Positions 1 to 9,807 of a stretch of DNA of 64,000 bases are shown here, piece by piece (position 1 is the stretch's first letter; each line of letters opens with the position of its first letter). A program made the position numbers and the translations under genes. The stretch covers positions 371,005-435,004 of IMG/VR virus record IMGVR_UViG_3300027740_000003; one strand, written 5' to 3'. The stretch comes from a virus (taxonomy: Duplodnaviria; Caudoviricetes). A model generated the notes under the pieces. That model was not told where the DNA came from. It ran no database searches and was given only the letters and a program-made list of their open reading frames with translations.

Positions 1-508
1 TATATTCGGGGACATATACGAATCTACTAATTTTTCCTTTAAAATTCATTTCAACACCAATTCTTCCCCAGTCGTCTTCGCACCCAACCAATCCATTTAA
101 AACACCCAAGAAACCAATTCGTGGGTTTATATTATTTCCATCACAATCTTTATCAACTATAACAGTTAAATCTTCATTATTTGCCAAATCCCAATTAATT
201 GAAACTCTTTCATTAACTAAACCTTTTATTGCCTCGGGATCTTTTTCAAGAAGATCATTGAAAAAATCTATTATTGGTTGAGGATCTGCTTTGTTGTTAT
301 CATATGGAGCTTCTGTTGAGGTCATTCCAGCCAAGGCCCCGAATATTGTTAATTTATCGTCATAAAAATGAATTGTAGGATGTTGACGCAGATCATTATT
401 AACTGGTACTTTAATTAATAAAATCTTCTCTGTTGCTTCTGGATCTAACCTTCGCATTGTATCCAAAAGATCTGCTACATATTGAGGATGAATTACCGGA
501 TTATCCAT
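1..508 (-). CDS. hypothetical protein with internal two-fold repeat, runs off window start
   Basis: Hand translation from ATG 508 (MDNPVIHPQYVADLLDTMRRLDPEATEKIL...) stays open to base 1; absent from the track because it has no stop in the window. Confidence 0.75.
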   Translation of the reverse strand, partial: MDNPVIHPQYVADLLDTMRRLDPEATEKILLIKVPVNNDLRQHPTIHFYDDKLTIFGALAGMTSTEAPYDNNKADPQPIIDFFNDLLEKDPEAIKGLVNERVSINWDLANNEDLTVIVDKDCDGNNINPRIGFLGVLNGLVGCEDDWGRIGVEMNFKGKISRFVYVPEY

Positions 509-509
509 A

Positions 510-1034
510 TTACTTATCTCCACTTGACCCAAAACCGGCCCTATTGCCAGTTCTTTCAGAACAAAGTTTTTCAAACTCTTCAGTTGATATTATCAATATA
601 TGCATCTCTTGCCGTTTTACTGGAATTATTTGTCCAATACGTTCTCCAAAATCTATCTTTAACTCATTATCATTAAAATATTCTTCTAAATCAGAAGAAA
701 CAATATCATTTGGCCCACCAAAATGGAATATTGGCGGGATCCATTGAACGGCAAGTTTCCAATTGTAAGAAAACGTTTCATCAATTGTACCATAAAGACA
801 ATGCAATGATTTCTTTGCAAATGTAGAAGATCTCGGTTTTAATTCCGCCCACCATTCATTTGGCGCAAAAGCTCTAAACCCAAGATTTATTAATGCTTTA
901 TCAAATGGTCGAAGAACAACACCATTCTTTTCTGCACATCTTACATCCCAACCAGTAGCATTAGGTTCACTTCTAGTAGGAAGAAAACTATTATCTAATC
1001 CTTCGTCAAGAACAAATTTAAAGTATGGAATCAT
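510..1034 (-). CDS. dut: dUTPase (trimeric)
   Basis: Motifs ATGWDV, PRSS, GTIDETF, GERIGQ and C-terminal RAGFGSSG. Confidence 0.9.
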   Translation of the reverse strand: MIPYFKFVLDEGLDNSFLPTRSEPNATGWDVRCAEKNGVVLRPFDKALINLGFRAFAPNEWWAELKPRSSTFAKKSLHCLYGTIDETFSYNWKLAVQWIPPIFHFGGPNDIVSSDLEEYFNDNELKIDFGERIGQIIPVKRQEMHILIISTEEFEKLCSERTGNRAGFGSSGDK

Positions 1035-1435
1035 AGTTTTGTCTCACAGCTGGCTATGATAGCATCTGTATAGTTGTGAATGTTTATTTGGAATTCATTA
1101 TAATCTGGAGCTTCATATTTACATGTTAAAGAATAGTTTACTACAGTTCCTGGCTTAACACAAGTAATCCACCTAAGCACATGGGCGGTAGTTGTAGTCT
1201 TTGTTCCAGAATATTCACAAAACCATCCAAAAGGAGGATTATACACTATACCAGGAGGATCATTATATCCAATTATTTGGTCATTAATTATCCAAGTAGT
1301 ATCATAATAATTCCATGCCGAAGTTGCTGGGATTGGAGCCCCTTGTTGATAATAGGTATATTCATGACAACTTGTTAATGCTAGAGACGCTATTATTGCC
1401 GCTAATATCTTTTTCATTTCTTTCCTCTTTTTCAA
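1031..1435 (-). CDS. putative lipoprotein
   Basis: Signal peptide with lipobox-like LALTSC; start may be ATG 1417. Confidence 0.6.
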   Translation of the reverse strand: MKKRKEMKKILAAIIASLALTSCHEYTYYQQGAPIPATSAWNYYDTTWIINDQIIGYNDPPGIVYNPPFGWFCEYSGTKTTTTAHVLRWITCVKPGTVVNYSLTCKYEAPDYNEFQINIHNYTDAIIASCETKL

Positions 1436-1962
1436 ATCTGAAAATCAAGTATATTTTCTTCCAAATCATTTAACCTAATACTCACAACAGACCCTGGAAC
1501 CATAAACTTGTGGCTTAAAGTACAAATGTTTTTATTACAAGCATAAGCTTCTTTTAAGAAAACTGTTTTTGGCATTAAAAATGCCCAAGCCCACCAATTT
1601 GCTTCCCATTCAACTCTATTATTCCCACCATATCTATCGGCTTCTACTTCTAGTTTTCCACGCTTACTATGGAGTACATAATGAGCAAGATCATGAGTTA
1701 AACTAGTATTGTCTCTAGACAAAGAGAAACAATCCAAAATATTAATAACAAACTCCGTTTTTGAAAATACCCTTAATGATGGTGTATTTTCATATTCTTC
1801 TTTATTTGTGCATCTGGGATTAAAATATTCAACTTTCCCACCTAATCTAGAAATAACCAAATTAACATTGACAGGAATATAACATTCCATTTCCTTGTGG
1901 AAATCTTCAGCTAATTCCTGAATTTCAGCTTTAGATAGGTTAGTTGGTTTAACTTTTTCCAT
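1432..1962 (-). CDS. ImmA/IrrE-family metallopeptidase-like protein
   Basis: THDLAHYVLH (HExxH variant with D) and EWEANWWAWAFLMP. Confidence 0.75.
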   Translation of the reverse strand: MEKVKPTNLSKAEIQELAEDFHKEMECYIPVNVNLVISRLGGKVEYFNPRCTNKEEYENTPSLRVFSKTEFVINILDCFSLSRDNTSLTHDLAHYVLHSKRGKLEVEADRYGGNNRVEWEANWWAWAFLMPKTVFLKEAYACNKNICTLSHKFMVPGSVVSIRLNDLEENILDFQI

Positions 1963-1971
1963 CTTTTATTT

Positions 1972-2274
1972 TCAACCATGTATTATTTCTAATTTCTCAC
2001 AAGGAACCAGTGCTTGTGGTCCATGTCCCCGATGGTGGCATTCCGTCCAAACAAAACACAAATTTTTATTAATATCTTTTACATAAAAAGTACAAGAATC
2101 AATTCTTTCCACCACTTCCCATCCTTGAGGAAGATTTAACCTTCCAAAAGGCACACAATAGTTAGGCAAAATATTTGGATTATCAGGCTTTGGTTCTTGC
2201 TCAACTAGAGAAGTAGGATCTGGTTCGCACCCAACTAGACAGATCAATAAACAAAATAGTTTTATGAAATTCAT
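1972..2274 (-). CDS. putative lipoprotein
   Basis: Hydrophobic N-terminus ending LVGC. Confidence 0.55.
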   Translation of the reverse strand: MNFIKLFCLLICLVGCEPDPTSLVEQEPKPDNPNILPNYCVPFGRLNLPQGWEVVERIDSCTFYVKDINKNLCFVWTECHHRGHGPQALVPCEKLEIIHG

Positions 2275-2277
2275 ATT

Positions 2278-2652
2278 TCAATCCCACCAAAATCTAAATT
2301 CGCCCGTTTTTGCATTAAATTTAAGTTCATCCGCCCCAAGACCAAGTAATTTTATAGTATATGAAAACCATTCTCTTAATTGCTTTTTGGAATAATTAGA
2401 AGGTAATATTCCATATACAGTATCTATCGAGTCTCCTTCATTCAACCCAACATAAACAAATGGAAATTTCTTCATATATAAAAGTAAATCTTCGCCAGGC
2501 CTATTATTCGTCTCCCACTCTAATTTCAAGCCTTTTTTAATATATTTGTTAAGTAATTTATAGTCTATATCAATTTCTTTTTCAGAAATTTCATCATACA
2601 ACATATCAGAAAGCTTTTTTGAGAAAAGCTCTTTTTCTTTTCTATTTCTCAT
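2278..2652 (-). CDS. hypothetical protein
   Basis: 124 aa, abuts neighbours in the co-oriented run. Confidence 0.65.
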   Translation of the reverse strand: MRNRKEKELFSKKLSDMLYDEISEKEIDIDYKLLNKYIKKGLKLEWETNNRPGEDLLLYMKKFPFVYVGLNEGDSIDTVYGILPSNYSKKQLREWFSYTIKLLGLGADELKFNAKTGEFRFWWD

Positions 2653-3471
2653 TTATCCCTCGTCAATCAAAAGTTCTCTCTGCAAATTGCTATACAACAC
2701 ATCGGGGTCATTTTCTGAAATTCCTGACATCGTTCCGTCATTCAACTCGATAACAATCCAATCACCTTTAACCGGCTTCGCCACATCAATTACATAATAC
2801 ACAGGAGGCTCCGACAATTCTGTATTTTGAATTGTATCAATTACTGTTTCTAAAAACTCAATCGGCACCTCTTCTACATTAATCTGACCAGCAAGTTCCT
2901 CGACATGTGAGGACCAATAAAAGCCTCCAGACAGTATCTTCCGTTTATAAACAAAAAACCGATACTCGCGGCTTATTGGCAATCCTTGCAGCCCATCTGC
3001 CAATTTCTCCAATGGCACATACTCTCTTACATAGATTTTTTGATACTGTAGCAAACTGTCTTGCAACAATCTACTCTCTACAGCAATGGCTTCTTTTTTA
3101 TCCCTGGCAAAGAAATGGCTGTTCCATAAAAACTTCTTTGAATTAGTTTCTCCCTTTAGTATAAATTGTTTTCCTTCTGGCAAATAAACTGTGCTGTCCC
3201 AAGTCTTCGGAGTAAATTTCTCTAAATCCTGATACCAGTTGCCTAAATCAGCAATATACCTGTGTTGTTCATAACTATTTATTAGTTTTGCGCCAATATA
3301 TTTAACATCATCCTCTAATTCTTTAAAGAATGGCAACGCGGAAAATCTTGGGATAACTAAATCATTGGATTTAATTTCCATTCGTGAAGAGATACATGGA
3401 AAATATTTCCTAACTATATTGGATTCTTGTCGCCAATCGACATCATCTCTAAATAGAATTACCGGTCTCAT
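2653..3471 (-). CDS. ATP-grasp domain protein
   Basis: FILKGET, IYVREYV, EYRFFV and YVIDVA...WIVIELNDG pattern typical of ATP-grasp folds. Confidence 0.75.
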   Translation of the reverse strand: MRPVILFRDDVDWRQESNIVRKYFPCISSRMEIKSNDLVIPRFSALPFFKELEDDVKYIGAKLINSYEQHRYIADLGNWYQDLEKFTPKTWDSTVYLPEGKQFILKGETNSKKFLWNSHFFARDKKEAIAVESRLLQDSLLQYQKIYVREYVPLEKLADGLQGLPISREYRFFVYKRKILSGGFYWSSHVEELAGQINVEEVPIEFLETVIDTIQNTELSEPPVYYVIDVAKPVKGDWIVIELNDGTMSGISENDPDVLYSNLQRELLIDEG

Positions 3472-4190
3472 ATATTGATCTTGTCAAAAGTTGGTTTGTG
3501 TCCTTCTACAAAAACAAATTTTCTGCCCAATTTATCAGCAACTTTACTGACATTTGCTGTTCCAGCAAACAAATCAAGCACTGTATCTCCTAGATTAGTA
3601 TGTGTTTCAACCATAATTTCGCTTAATCTTTTTGGTTTTTCACATTTATGTGTTTTTCCTCGTAGAATTTCCGTAATATCCGTCCAAACGTTAGTTCTTC
3701 TTTTGTATTCGCTTTTAGCGGGATGTTTCTTATCATATCCATCATAACCACGTTTTTCATTCAACAAAGGAATGTTAAACACTAATGGTTTATCTCCTTT
3801 TACTAGCCAGGCTATTTCTTCTCTGGTAAAGAGATAATCGTCTTTCTTACCATAAGCTCTCTTTTTATTCCATGTAATGACATTTTTTAATGTCAAAGAC
3901 GTTTGTTCTTCTACTTCAGAAAGGAATTTAAAAAATTGTCTATTATGTTTTGTTCCAATTCCTCCCCAAATATAGGCACTTCCACCATTGCACAGGAGAT
4001 CTTCACATAATTCTGCTAGTTTTATATAGTTTTCCCATGTCCATGACCTGTCCCAATTATCAGAGACAATGCCACCATAAGGAGGATCTGCAATAAGTAG
4101 TTTATATTCTTCTAATTCTTTAAAAAGATCTTCATCAAATACATCACAGCAGTATCCTGTGCCATTTGCAAATTGTTTCTTTTCTAACAT
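3468..4190 (-). CDS. N6/N4 DNA methyltransferase (beta class)
   Basis: Catalytic ADPPYG, HxCEKP and AdoMet-binding VLDLFAGT; start refined to ATG 4190. Confidence 0.9.
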   Translation of the reverse strand: MLEKKQFANGTGYCCDVFDEDLFKELEEYKLLIADPPYGGIVSDNWDRSWTWENYIKLAELCEDLLCNGGSAYIWGGIGTKHNRQFFKFLSEVEEQTSLTLKNVITWNKKRAYGKKDDYLFTREEIAWLVKGDKPLVFNIPLLNEKRGYDGYDKKHPAKSEYKRRTNVWTDITEILRGKTHKCEKPKRLSEIMVETHTNLGDTVLDLFAGTANVSKVADKLGRKFVFVEGHKPTFDKINI

Positions 4191-4510
4191 GTCCTCTTCT
4201 TTCTGTGGCAATCAAAGAAGTCTTTTGCAAAATGCCATTTGTCATCGAGTCTTTCTTTTTTAGTAATTCGTAAATCTCTTGCCATATTCTTCAATCTAAC
4301 CTCTGTTAGAAAATCAGAATTTGTAGAAAAATTCATCCTGTCCAAAAAACCATCCGAAAATAAAGACATGAAAAATGGAAGATTTATAATGTCTTTATTC
4401 TTCCAACCACATTCTTTTGCAGCAATCATTATATGAATTGCTTTTAACGCGGCCAATTCAGATTTGAAATCTTTTACAAATGGAGGATTGCCTTTCATTT
4501 TATTACCCAT
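4184..4510 (-). CDS. hypothetical protein
   Basis: 108 aa ORF overlapping the MTase start. Confidence 0.6.
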   Translation of the reverse strand: MGNKMKGNPPFVKDFKSELAALKAIHIMIAAKECGWKNKDIINLPFFMSLFSDGFLDRMNFSTNSDFLTEVRLKNMARDLRITKKERLDDKWHFAKDFFDCHRKKRTC

Positions 4511-4596
4511 CTTTTTTTATGCACACACCAAAAAAAACAACTGTCTGTGAAGTTCTATAGAGACTTCAACAAATTCGTAATCAGAGCCGTACACAA

Positions 4597-5781
4597 TTAT
4601 GCCTCTTCTTTTTGAATTACTTCCATCAAAACATCCATAATAAAATCTCTTAAAGATGAAAGCTGATGAATTCCAACTTCATATTTAAATGCCTTATTGA
4701 TCATTTGTGCTGGTTTTGCTATTACAACCTCTTTAGAAGCTACACCAACAAAGTTCAATCTTCGCTGGCCTCCCAAGCAATCTGCATCACCTTCACGCAA
4801 AACCAGACCGTACATATTAAAATCTTCATGGCCTTTATTAACTAATAGATTACAAAGCCTACCAGATTCTTTTCTTCGAGTCTTCATATCAAGACGAGTA
4901 GTTCCGTATTTAAAATCTCCAGAATCTCCCATGCCCGTATAATGTTTTCTATCTGGATCTTCTCTCCTATCAAACCCCAGATGATCATATATCGGATTCA
5001 TAAGATAAGCAAACATAGCTTCTCCATCTATTGTATCCAACCTAGACCCCCTATGATTTCTCTCCATAACAATTTGATTATGATCTTTGTTTTCTTTAGA
5101 ATCAGGTTCAATTAACATAGAGAAAGTAATAAACCCATCATTTGCTATATTAATTTCTTTATTTTGAAGATCTTTAAAGATTCTGTGAAGCTGATTGTCA
5201 AAATCTAAAATGAAATTCTTTAGATTTTCTTTCCTTTGCTCTAAAGGAATAGATGGTTTTTTTGGAGCAGCAGGAATCTCTGGGGCCAGCTTTGCTACAA
5301 ATTTTTGTTTTTCCGCAGCAACGAGAGCTTTTAAATCATCAAATTCACTTGGTTTTGAAGGTATAGGAAGTGGAACGGGGGACCAGGTTGCTTTGTTATT
5401 GTTTTCGCAAGGAAGAAAAGTAAACCCAAGCATTCCATGTGCTTGTCTGCTTTCTTTGCCAGACTTGTATTGTATAAGATCTTCATCAATTGGAATAAAC
5501 TCATCTGAATCTTTTAACCACAACTCTGTTATGTTATTTTCATCAAGTGTAAACTTTGCTTCAGTATTAGCGTGGGTTTTTAAAAATTCTATTTGTTCCT
5601 CGGTAAGTTTGTCTAAAGAATAAGACGACACAGAAAATTTCTTTCCAAGCATCTTAATAGACCAATGATATCCAAATTGGTTTTTAGAAACAGTTAATTT
5701 ATCAGTAATATAATTTTCCGTTTTATAATAAATATTATCAGCGACTAGATCTAGTTCAGAAAGAAGATTAGTTTGATTCAT
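4597..5781 (-). CDS. hypothetical protein
   Basis: 394 aa open frame, no recognised motif. Confidence 0.75.
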   Translation of the reverse strand: MNQTNLLSELDLVADNIYYKTENYITDKLTVSKNQFGYHWSIKMLGKKFSVSSYSLDKLTEEQIEFLKTHANTEAKFTLDENNITELWLKDSDEFIPIDEDLIQYKSGKESRQAHGMLGFTFLPCENNNKATWSPVPLPIPSKPSEFDDLKALVAAEKQKFVAKLAPEIPAAPKKPSIPLEQRKENLKNFILDFDNQLHRIFKDLQNKEINIANDGFITFSMLIEPDSKENKDHNQIVMERNHRGSRLDTIDGEAMFAYLMNPIYDHLGFDRREDPDRKHYTGMGDSGDFKYGTTRLDMKTRRKESGRLCNLLVNKGHEDFNMYGLVLREGDADCLGGQRRLNFVGVASKEVVIAKPAQMINKAFKYEVGIHQLSSLRDFIMDVLMEVIQKEEA

Positions 5782-5881
5782 CCAATATCTCCAACGTCAT
5801 GAAACAGTTTTGTACCTGTCCTTTTGATATTGAAGATACACATCTAAGGTCTCTCGATTATTGAGATTCCTTTCTTGATAT

Positions 5882-6259
5882 TCAAAACCACATCCGGTGA
5901 AGGTTTTTAGCAAGCAACAGTGTGGCTTTTTCAAACCTAATTCGATCACAATCTTCTACCAGAGCATCACACTCGATTGTCTTTTCTAGCATCCACACTA
6001 TTTCTTTAAATGCCTCTATGGCTTCCGGCCGACTAAACGGATCTATTTTGATAAGCCTTTTTAACCTTGGCAACATAAATTTAGCAACAGTAATGTCTAA
6101 ACTCCACAGCTCATCATCTGAGAATCCTCGAGTCAATTTTTGTTTCCATAATTGTAAACGACGTTTCAAAAGTCCAATGTCCAAACAGGGCCATCTTATT
6201 GATAAATTAAATCCTTTTATAAAATCAAACTCTCCTATCAAACCATATGGAAAAATCAT
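5882..6259 (-). CDS. hypothetical protein
   Basis: 125 aa, ATGA-coupled to the upstream HNH gene. Confidence 0.65.
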   Translation of the reverse strand: MIFPYGLIGEFDFIKGFNLSIRWPCLDIGLLKRRLQLWKQKLTRGFSDDELWSLDITVAKFMLPRLKRLIKIDPFSRPEAIEAFKEIVWMLEKTIECDALVEDCDRIRFEKATLLLAKNLHRMWF

Positions 6260-6585
6260 TTTTCTTTGCTTTCTTCTAACTGTTTTTCTGCAATTTTGCG
6301 CAGAGTTTTATATATTTCTTCGTATTGCTTAAATTGACCCTCTGTATTATTGCCTTTTCCCCAGATATTATGAAACTGATCATGACATATTTTACAAAGA
6401 GACACGCCATTTACTAGTAAATATCGTTTTTCAGGATAAGCATTCCAGGCCCAAACATGATGACTTTCTAAATAAACATCCTTTGCCAAACAAATTGCAC
6501 ATTGGAAATTACCGGCAGTTTTTACTGCTCTTGACCATTGTTTATACTTTTCATCATTATCTCTGTCATCTGACATACATTTCAC
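6256..6585 (-). CDS. HNH endonuclease
   Basis: CAIC...ESHH...NGVSLCKICHDQFH. Confidence 0.85.
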   Translation of the reverse strand: MKCMSDDRDNDEKYKQWSRAVKTAGNFQCAICLAKDVYLESHHVWAWNAYPEKRYLLVNGVSLCKICHDQFHNIWGKGNNTEGQFKQYEEIYKTLRKIAEKQLEESKEK

Positions 6586-6815
6586 TTCACATTTTTGCTT
6601 ATCTTAGCGCCTCGGAAGATAATCACCGGATCCCTTCCTTGTGCAGCCCTAACTTTAATTTCTGTATTATATTTGTCATCTAGATATACTAGTCTGCTCC
6701 AATCATCATGGCCCAAATCAGTAAAATCATTGATTATTACAATTACTCCGTTGCTTTCATCATATTCAGCAACAGCAATTACTCCACCAACACTAGCAAA
6801 AATATCTTCTATCAT
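6582..6815 (-). CDS. hypothetical protein
   Basis: 77 aa, ATGA overlaps on both sides. Confidence 0.65.
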   Translation of the reverse strand: MIEDIFASVGGVIAVAEYDESNGVIVIINDFTDLGHDDWSRLVYLDDKYNTEIKVRAAQGRDPVIIFRGAKISKNVK

Positions 6816-7267
6816 TTCAACAAATCCTGTAATCTTCCTTTATTTTGTTCAATCCATTGAGAAACTTTTTGTTCCTCAGATTCGGCCGGACTTTCTCCTC
6901 CAACAAATCCTTGATCCTGATTATAAGATTTCGTGTGCGCAGCTTCATGAGCCACTGTTAATGCTGCCTGAATAATTGCCTCTGGCCCTTGTCCTAATCC
7001 TTTTATTTTACCAATATTTATATTTAGAATAGCAGGATCTTTGTTTGGACCTGATTGCACAAATCCATAATACATAGATGCCGGAGAAACTTGAATCTGC
7101 CTTATTCCTTTGAAATAAGTCGGGTCCATTCTCTTAAGAAGTTCTACCGCTTTATTTATTGTTGGTTCCATTGGTTGAACAACAACATTGGGAGATTCTA
7201 ACGCTTGGTCTATAATTTGACCATATTTTGCTAAAAAATACTTGGCCAATATATTAATTTTGCTCAT
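6812..7267 (-). CDS. hypothetical protein with HExxH motif
   Basis: VAHEAAH; start preceded by CATATATAC. Confidence 0.65.
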   Translation of the reverse strand: MSKINILAKYFLAKYGQIIDQALESPNVVVQPMEPTINKAVELLKRMDPTYFKGIRQIQVSPASMYYGFVQSGPNKDPAILNINIGKIKGLGQGPEAIIQAALTVAHEAAHTKSYNQDQGFVGGESPAESEEQKVSQWIEQNKGRLQDLLK

Positions 7268-7281
7268 GTATATATGTTATT

Positions 7282-7566
7282 TTATTCTATTATATCTTTA
7301 ATCATCATTTCTACACAAAGCAAAACGTCATTATTCCCATAATATGAACCCTTGTAAATATAATAAAAAGGATATTTTGTTGACATTGGCCTTAACTGAG
7401 ATATAATCTGAAAAAATTCTATATCAGTATCAGTATCAGAATGATTAATACAACGCATACCACATTTTTTACAATTATAAACTCTCGATTCGTTAGAATT
7501 ATCTAAAGGTTTATAATTGTCGTCTATGATAAATTCATGATCCTTCTTTGCTTCTTCCGGCAGCAT
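7282..7566 (-). CDS. MIKDIIE-tail protein, H/CxxC/C Zn-type
   Basis: DHEF...CKKC...LCVEMMIKDIIE. Confidence 0.85.
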   Translation of the reverse strand: MLPEEAKKDHEFIIDDNYKPLDNSNESRVYNCKKCGMRCINHSDTDTDIEFFQIISQLRPMSTKYPFYYIYKGSYYGNNDVLLCVEMMIKDIIE

Positions 7567-7790
7567 TATTCTATTATATCCTTGATAATATATTCGTCAT
7601 ATCTAAGACACGGATAATAATCATCTAACAAAAGCCAGTCAGCAATCTTTAATCTTCTCAATACATCTCCTTGATTTTGATCTAAAGAATTTAATAAAAG
7701 AGCATAAAATTTTCCACAATGTATACATTTCCCATCAATAAAACGATGTCTTATTCTGTCTCCCGTTATTTCTATTCTGTTATTTTTCAT
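7566..7790 (-). CDS. MIKDIIE-tail protein, Zn-type
   Basis: HRF...CIHC...CLRYDEYIIKDIIE. Confidence 0.85.
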   Translation of the reverse strand: MKNNRIEITGDRIRHRFIDGKCIHCGKFYALLLNSLDQNQGDVLRRLKIADWLLLDDYYPCLRYDEYIIKDIIE

Positions 7791-7799
7791 CTAAATTCA

Positions 7800-8093
7800 T
7801 TATTCTATTATATTTTTTATAATTATCTCATCACAAGAAAGCTCCTGTAATTCATAAGACGTTTCCCATAAAATTGGTTTTCCATATCCAACATAAAACC
7901 CTTGATCTAAAGCTTTCATGTTGTATATGTTTTCTTGCCAATCGTTTTCATTTTTATAAAGACGTAAAACTAAACCACATTTTTTACATTTATAATTGAT
8001 AAAATCAAAATCATAAGCTCTATTACCTAGGGAAAAACCTTGATCATAAAAAATTACAAATTCGTGATCCTTCTTTCCTTCTTCCAGCAACAT
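7800..8093 (-). CDS. MIKDIIE-tail protein, Zn-type
   Basis: DHEF...CKKC...SCDEIIIKNIIE. Confidence 0.85.
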   Translation of the reverse strand: MLLEEGKKDHEFVIFYDQGFSLGNRAYDFDFINYKCKKCGLVLRLYKNENDWQENIYNMKALDQGFYVGYGKPILWETSYELQELSCDEIIIKNIIE

Positions 8094-8380
8094 TATTCTA
8101 TTATGTCCTTTATAACCATATCAATACACGACATTTGTTGAGCTTCATATGAAAGTTTATATGTTCTAAAATCATAATACCAGCCCTGTTCATATGCCAA
8201 ACTGTTATATACATTTTTAATACACAATTCCGGATTTTCAATTACACATAATGTAATTTTACATTTGCTGCATCTATAATAATGCATGTCAGAATTTTTA
8301 CATTCGGGAAGATCATATCTTTCAGTTGAAATGAAAACAAAATTATGATCAGCAATGGCACTTTCAGGAATTGGTCTCAT
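8093..8380 (-). CDS. MIKDIIE-tail protein, Zn-type
   Basis: DHNF...CSKC...SCIDMVIKDIIE. Confidence 0.85.
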   Translation of the reverse strand: MRPIPESAIADHNFVFISTERYDLPECKNSDMHYYRCSKCKITLCVIENPELCIKNVYNSLAYEQGWYYDFRTYKLSYEAQQMSCIDMVIKDIIE

Positions 8381-8610
8381 TCAATAATGTCCTTTATCAT
8401 TGCTTCACTCTCTGTTAAACATGGATAATATTTGTCTAAAACGGAATCTATAATATCAAATGTTTGTCCGAAAGAACGACTATATTCTTTTTCATGTTCT
8501 TTTTTTAATTTGTTCAATAACAAAAAATAACTTTTCCCGCAAATTCTGCACCCATATCCATTTTGGTTTTGAAAATGAACAAACCTATGATTCATTCTCT
8601 TTTCTGGCAT
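8377..8610 (-). CDS. MIKDIIE-tail protein, Zn-type
   Basis: NHRF...CRIC...CLTESEAMIKDIIE. Confidence 0.85.
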   Translation of the reverse strand: MPEKRMNHRFVHFQNQNGYGCRICGKSYFLLLNKLKKEHEKEYSRSFGQTFDIIDSVLDKYYPCLTESEAMIKDIIE

Positions 8611-8863
8611 TTAAATCTCTTTTTAATTCTTCTTTAAATTCCTCTGTAAAATATCTACAATATCCCATTATTAGTCCAAAACACCTCTTGCAAACATAAT
8701 TCGTGGCCGGATGTCTTGCATATTTTACCCATTCGTCAGAATACATCTCCGGAGAAGGATATGGCCAAACAATCTCTTCAGAAATCTTCACCTCAGCAGA
8801 AGTTGTTTTTCCAAATAAATTCCTGCATAATGAACAAGTTTCTCCAGTACATTCATCTGTCAT
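8585..8863 (-). CDS. Cys-rich hypothetical protein
   Basis: CSLC and CKRC pairs. Confidence 0.6.
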   Translation of the reverse strand: MTDECTGETCSLCRNLFGKTTSAEVKISEEIVWPYPSPEMYSDEWVKYARHPATNYVCKRCFGLIMGYCRYFTEEFKEELKRDLNARKENES

Positions 8864-9026
8864 TCTCTACCTCGTTTAATCTTTTAATACATTCATCCGC
8901 AATCTGTTGGTGCCTGGCATCATCAAGCTTTGCCTGCATATATGCATCCATCCAAAATAAAGCCTTATATGATGTAAACATCAAACATAATAGAATAAAT
9001 ACCAAAAATATATAATATTGTTTCAC
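8853..9026 (-). CDS. small membrane protein (not in track)
   Basis: GTG start overlapping the upstream TGA; 57 aa [17 protein letters not shown]... Confidence 0.55.
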   Translation of the reverse strand: MKQYYIFLVFILLCLMFTSYKALFWMDAYMQAKLDDARHQQIADECIKRLNEVENDR

Positions 9027-9352
9027 TTGTCTTCTCCAAAATATTCATCAACTATTTTTAAAGCATCAACCTCTTGCTGCTTCGTCATTCCGTTGCTTCT
9101 TTGATCATAAATTAAATTACAATGAATGTTTTTCAAAGTTTCCCGATCAACATAAAAATATAACAAATGAATCCATCCAAAAAACACCAGGGCCAATATA
9201 GACAATATTGTGTCTTTAATAGACAGTTTTTCATAATTGCCAGTTGTACTAATTGTTTTCTGAATATCAAAACTCAGCTTGGCAGAATTCCAAACCGATG
9301 TAATTGTAAACATTATATATATTAAAACAAACAAACAAATATAAAATATCAA
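9023..9352 (-). CDS. membrane protein
   Basis: Two hydrophobic segments. Confidence 0.6.
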   Translation of the reverse strand: MIFYICLFVLIYIMFTITSVWNSAKLSFDIQKTISTTGNYEKLSIKDTILSILALVFFGWIHLLYFYVDRETLKNIHCNLIYDQRSNGMTKQQEVDALKIVDEYFGEDK

Positions 9353-9801
9353 GGTATTTTTCCTCCGTTGCTATCAATTATATTTTCAAGCCCTAAAAAC
9401 CATGGTTTAGGAATTTCGTCTCTTTTTACCCATCTCCACTCTTCACATTTATTAGGCTCCATAATTTTAGCAAAAACCCTATTAACAAGAATACACTTCA
9501 TAAACAAATTAATATATCTTTTATCATCTGAAAATTCGTCTACAGTAAACCCTACTTCTTTACAACTACTACTATCTATAGCAATTCCTGTCTCTTCAGC
9601 AAGTTCCCTAACAGCCGCAACATTAGGCAATTCTCCAGGCTCCATATGCCCTCCTGGAAATGCCCAGGTTCCTGCTCCATGAGATCCTTTCCTTAAACCA
9701 ACAAGAACATGTCCATCATGCTCTAAAATTAAAGAAACCCCAAGTTTAAATGGGGATGCCGCTTTAGGAAAATTACTACCTCTAGTCGTCATCATATACA
9801 A
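9349..9801 (-). CDS. Nudix hydrolase
   Basis: Nudix box [23 protein letters not shown]. Confidence 0.92.
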   Translation of the reverse strand: MYMMTTRGSNFPKAASPFKLGVSLILEHDGHVLVGLRKGSHGAGTWAFPGGHMEPGELPNVAAVRELAEETGIAIDSSSCKEVGFTVDEFSDDKRYINLFMKCILVNRVFAKIMEPNKCEEWRWVKRDEIPKPWFLGLENIIDSNGGKIP

Positions 9802-9807
9802 ACTCCT

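Noticed and set aside
4549-4568. Imperfect palindrome GAAGTTCTATAGAGACTTC in the 4510-4597 gap
   Set aside because: Weak stem not adjacent to the T-run; cannot be called a terminator or operator.
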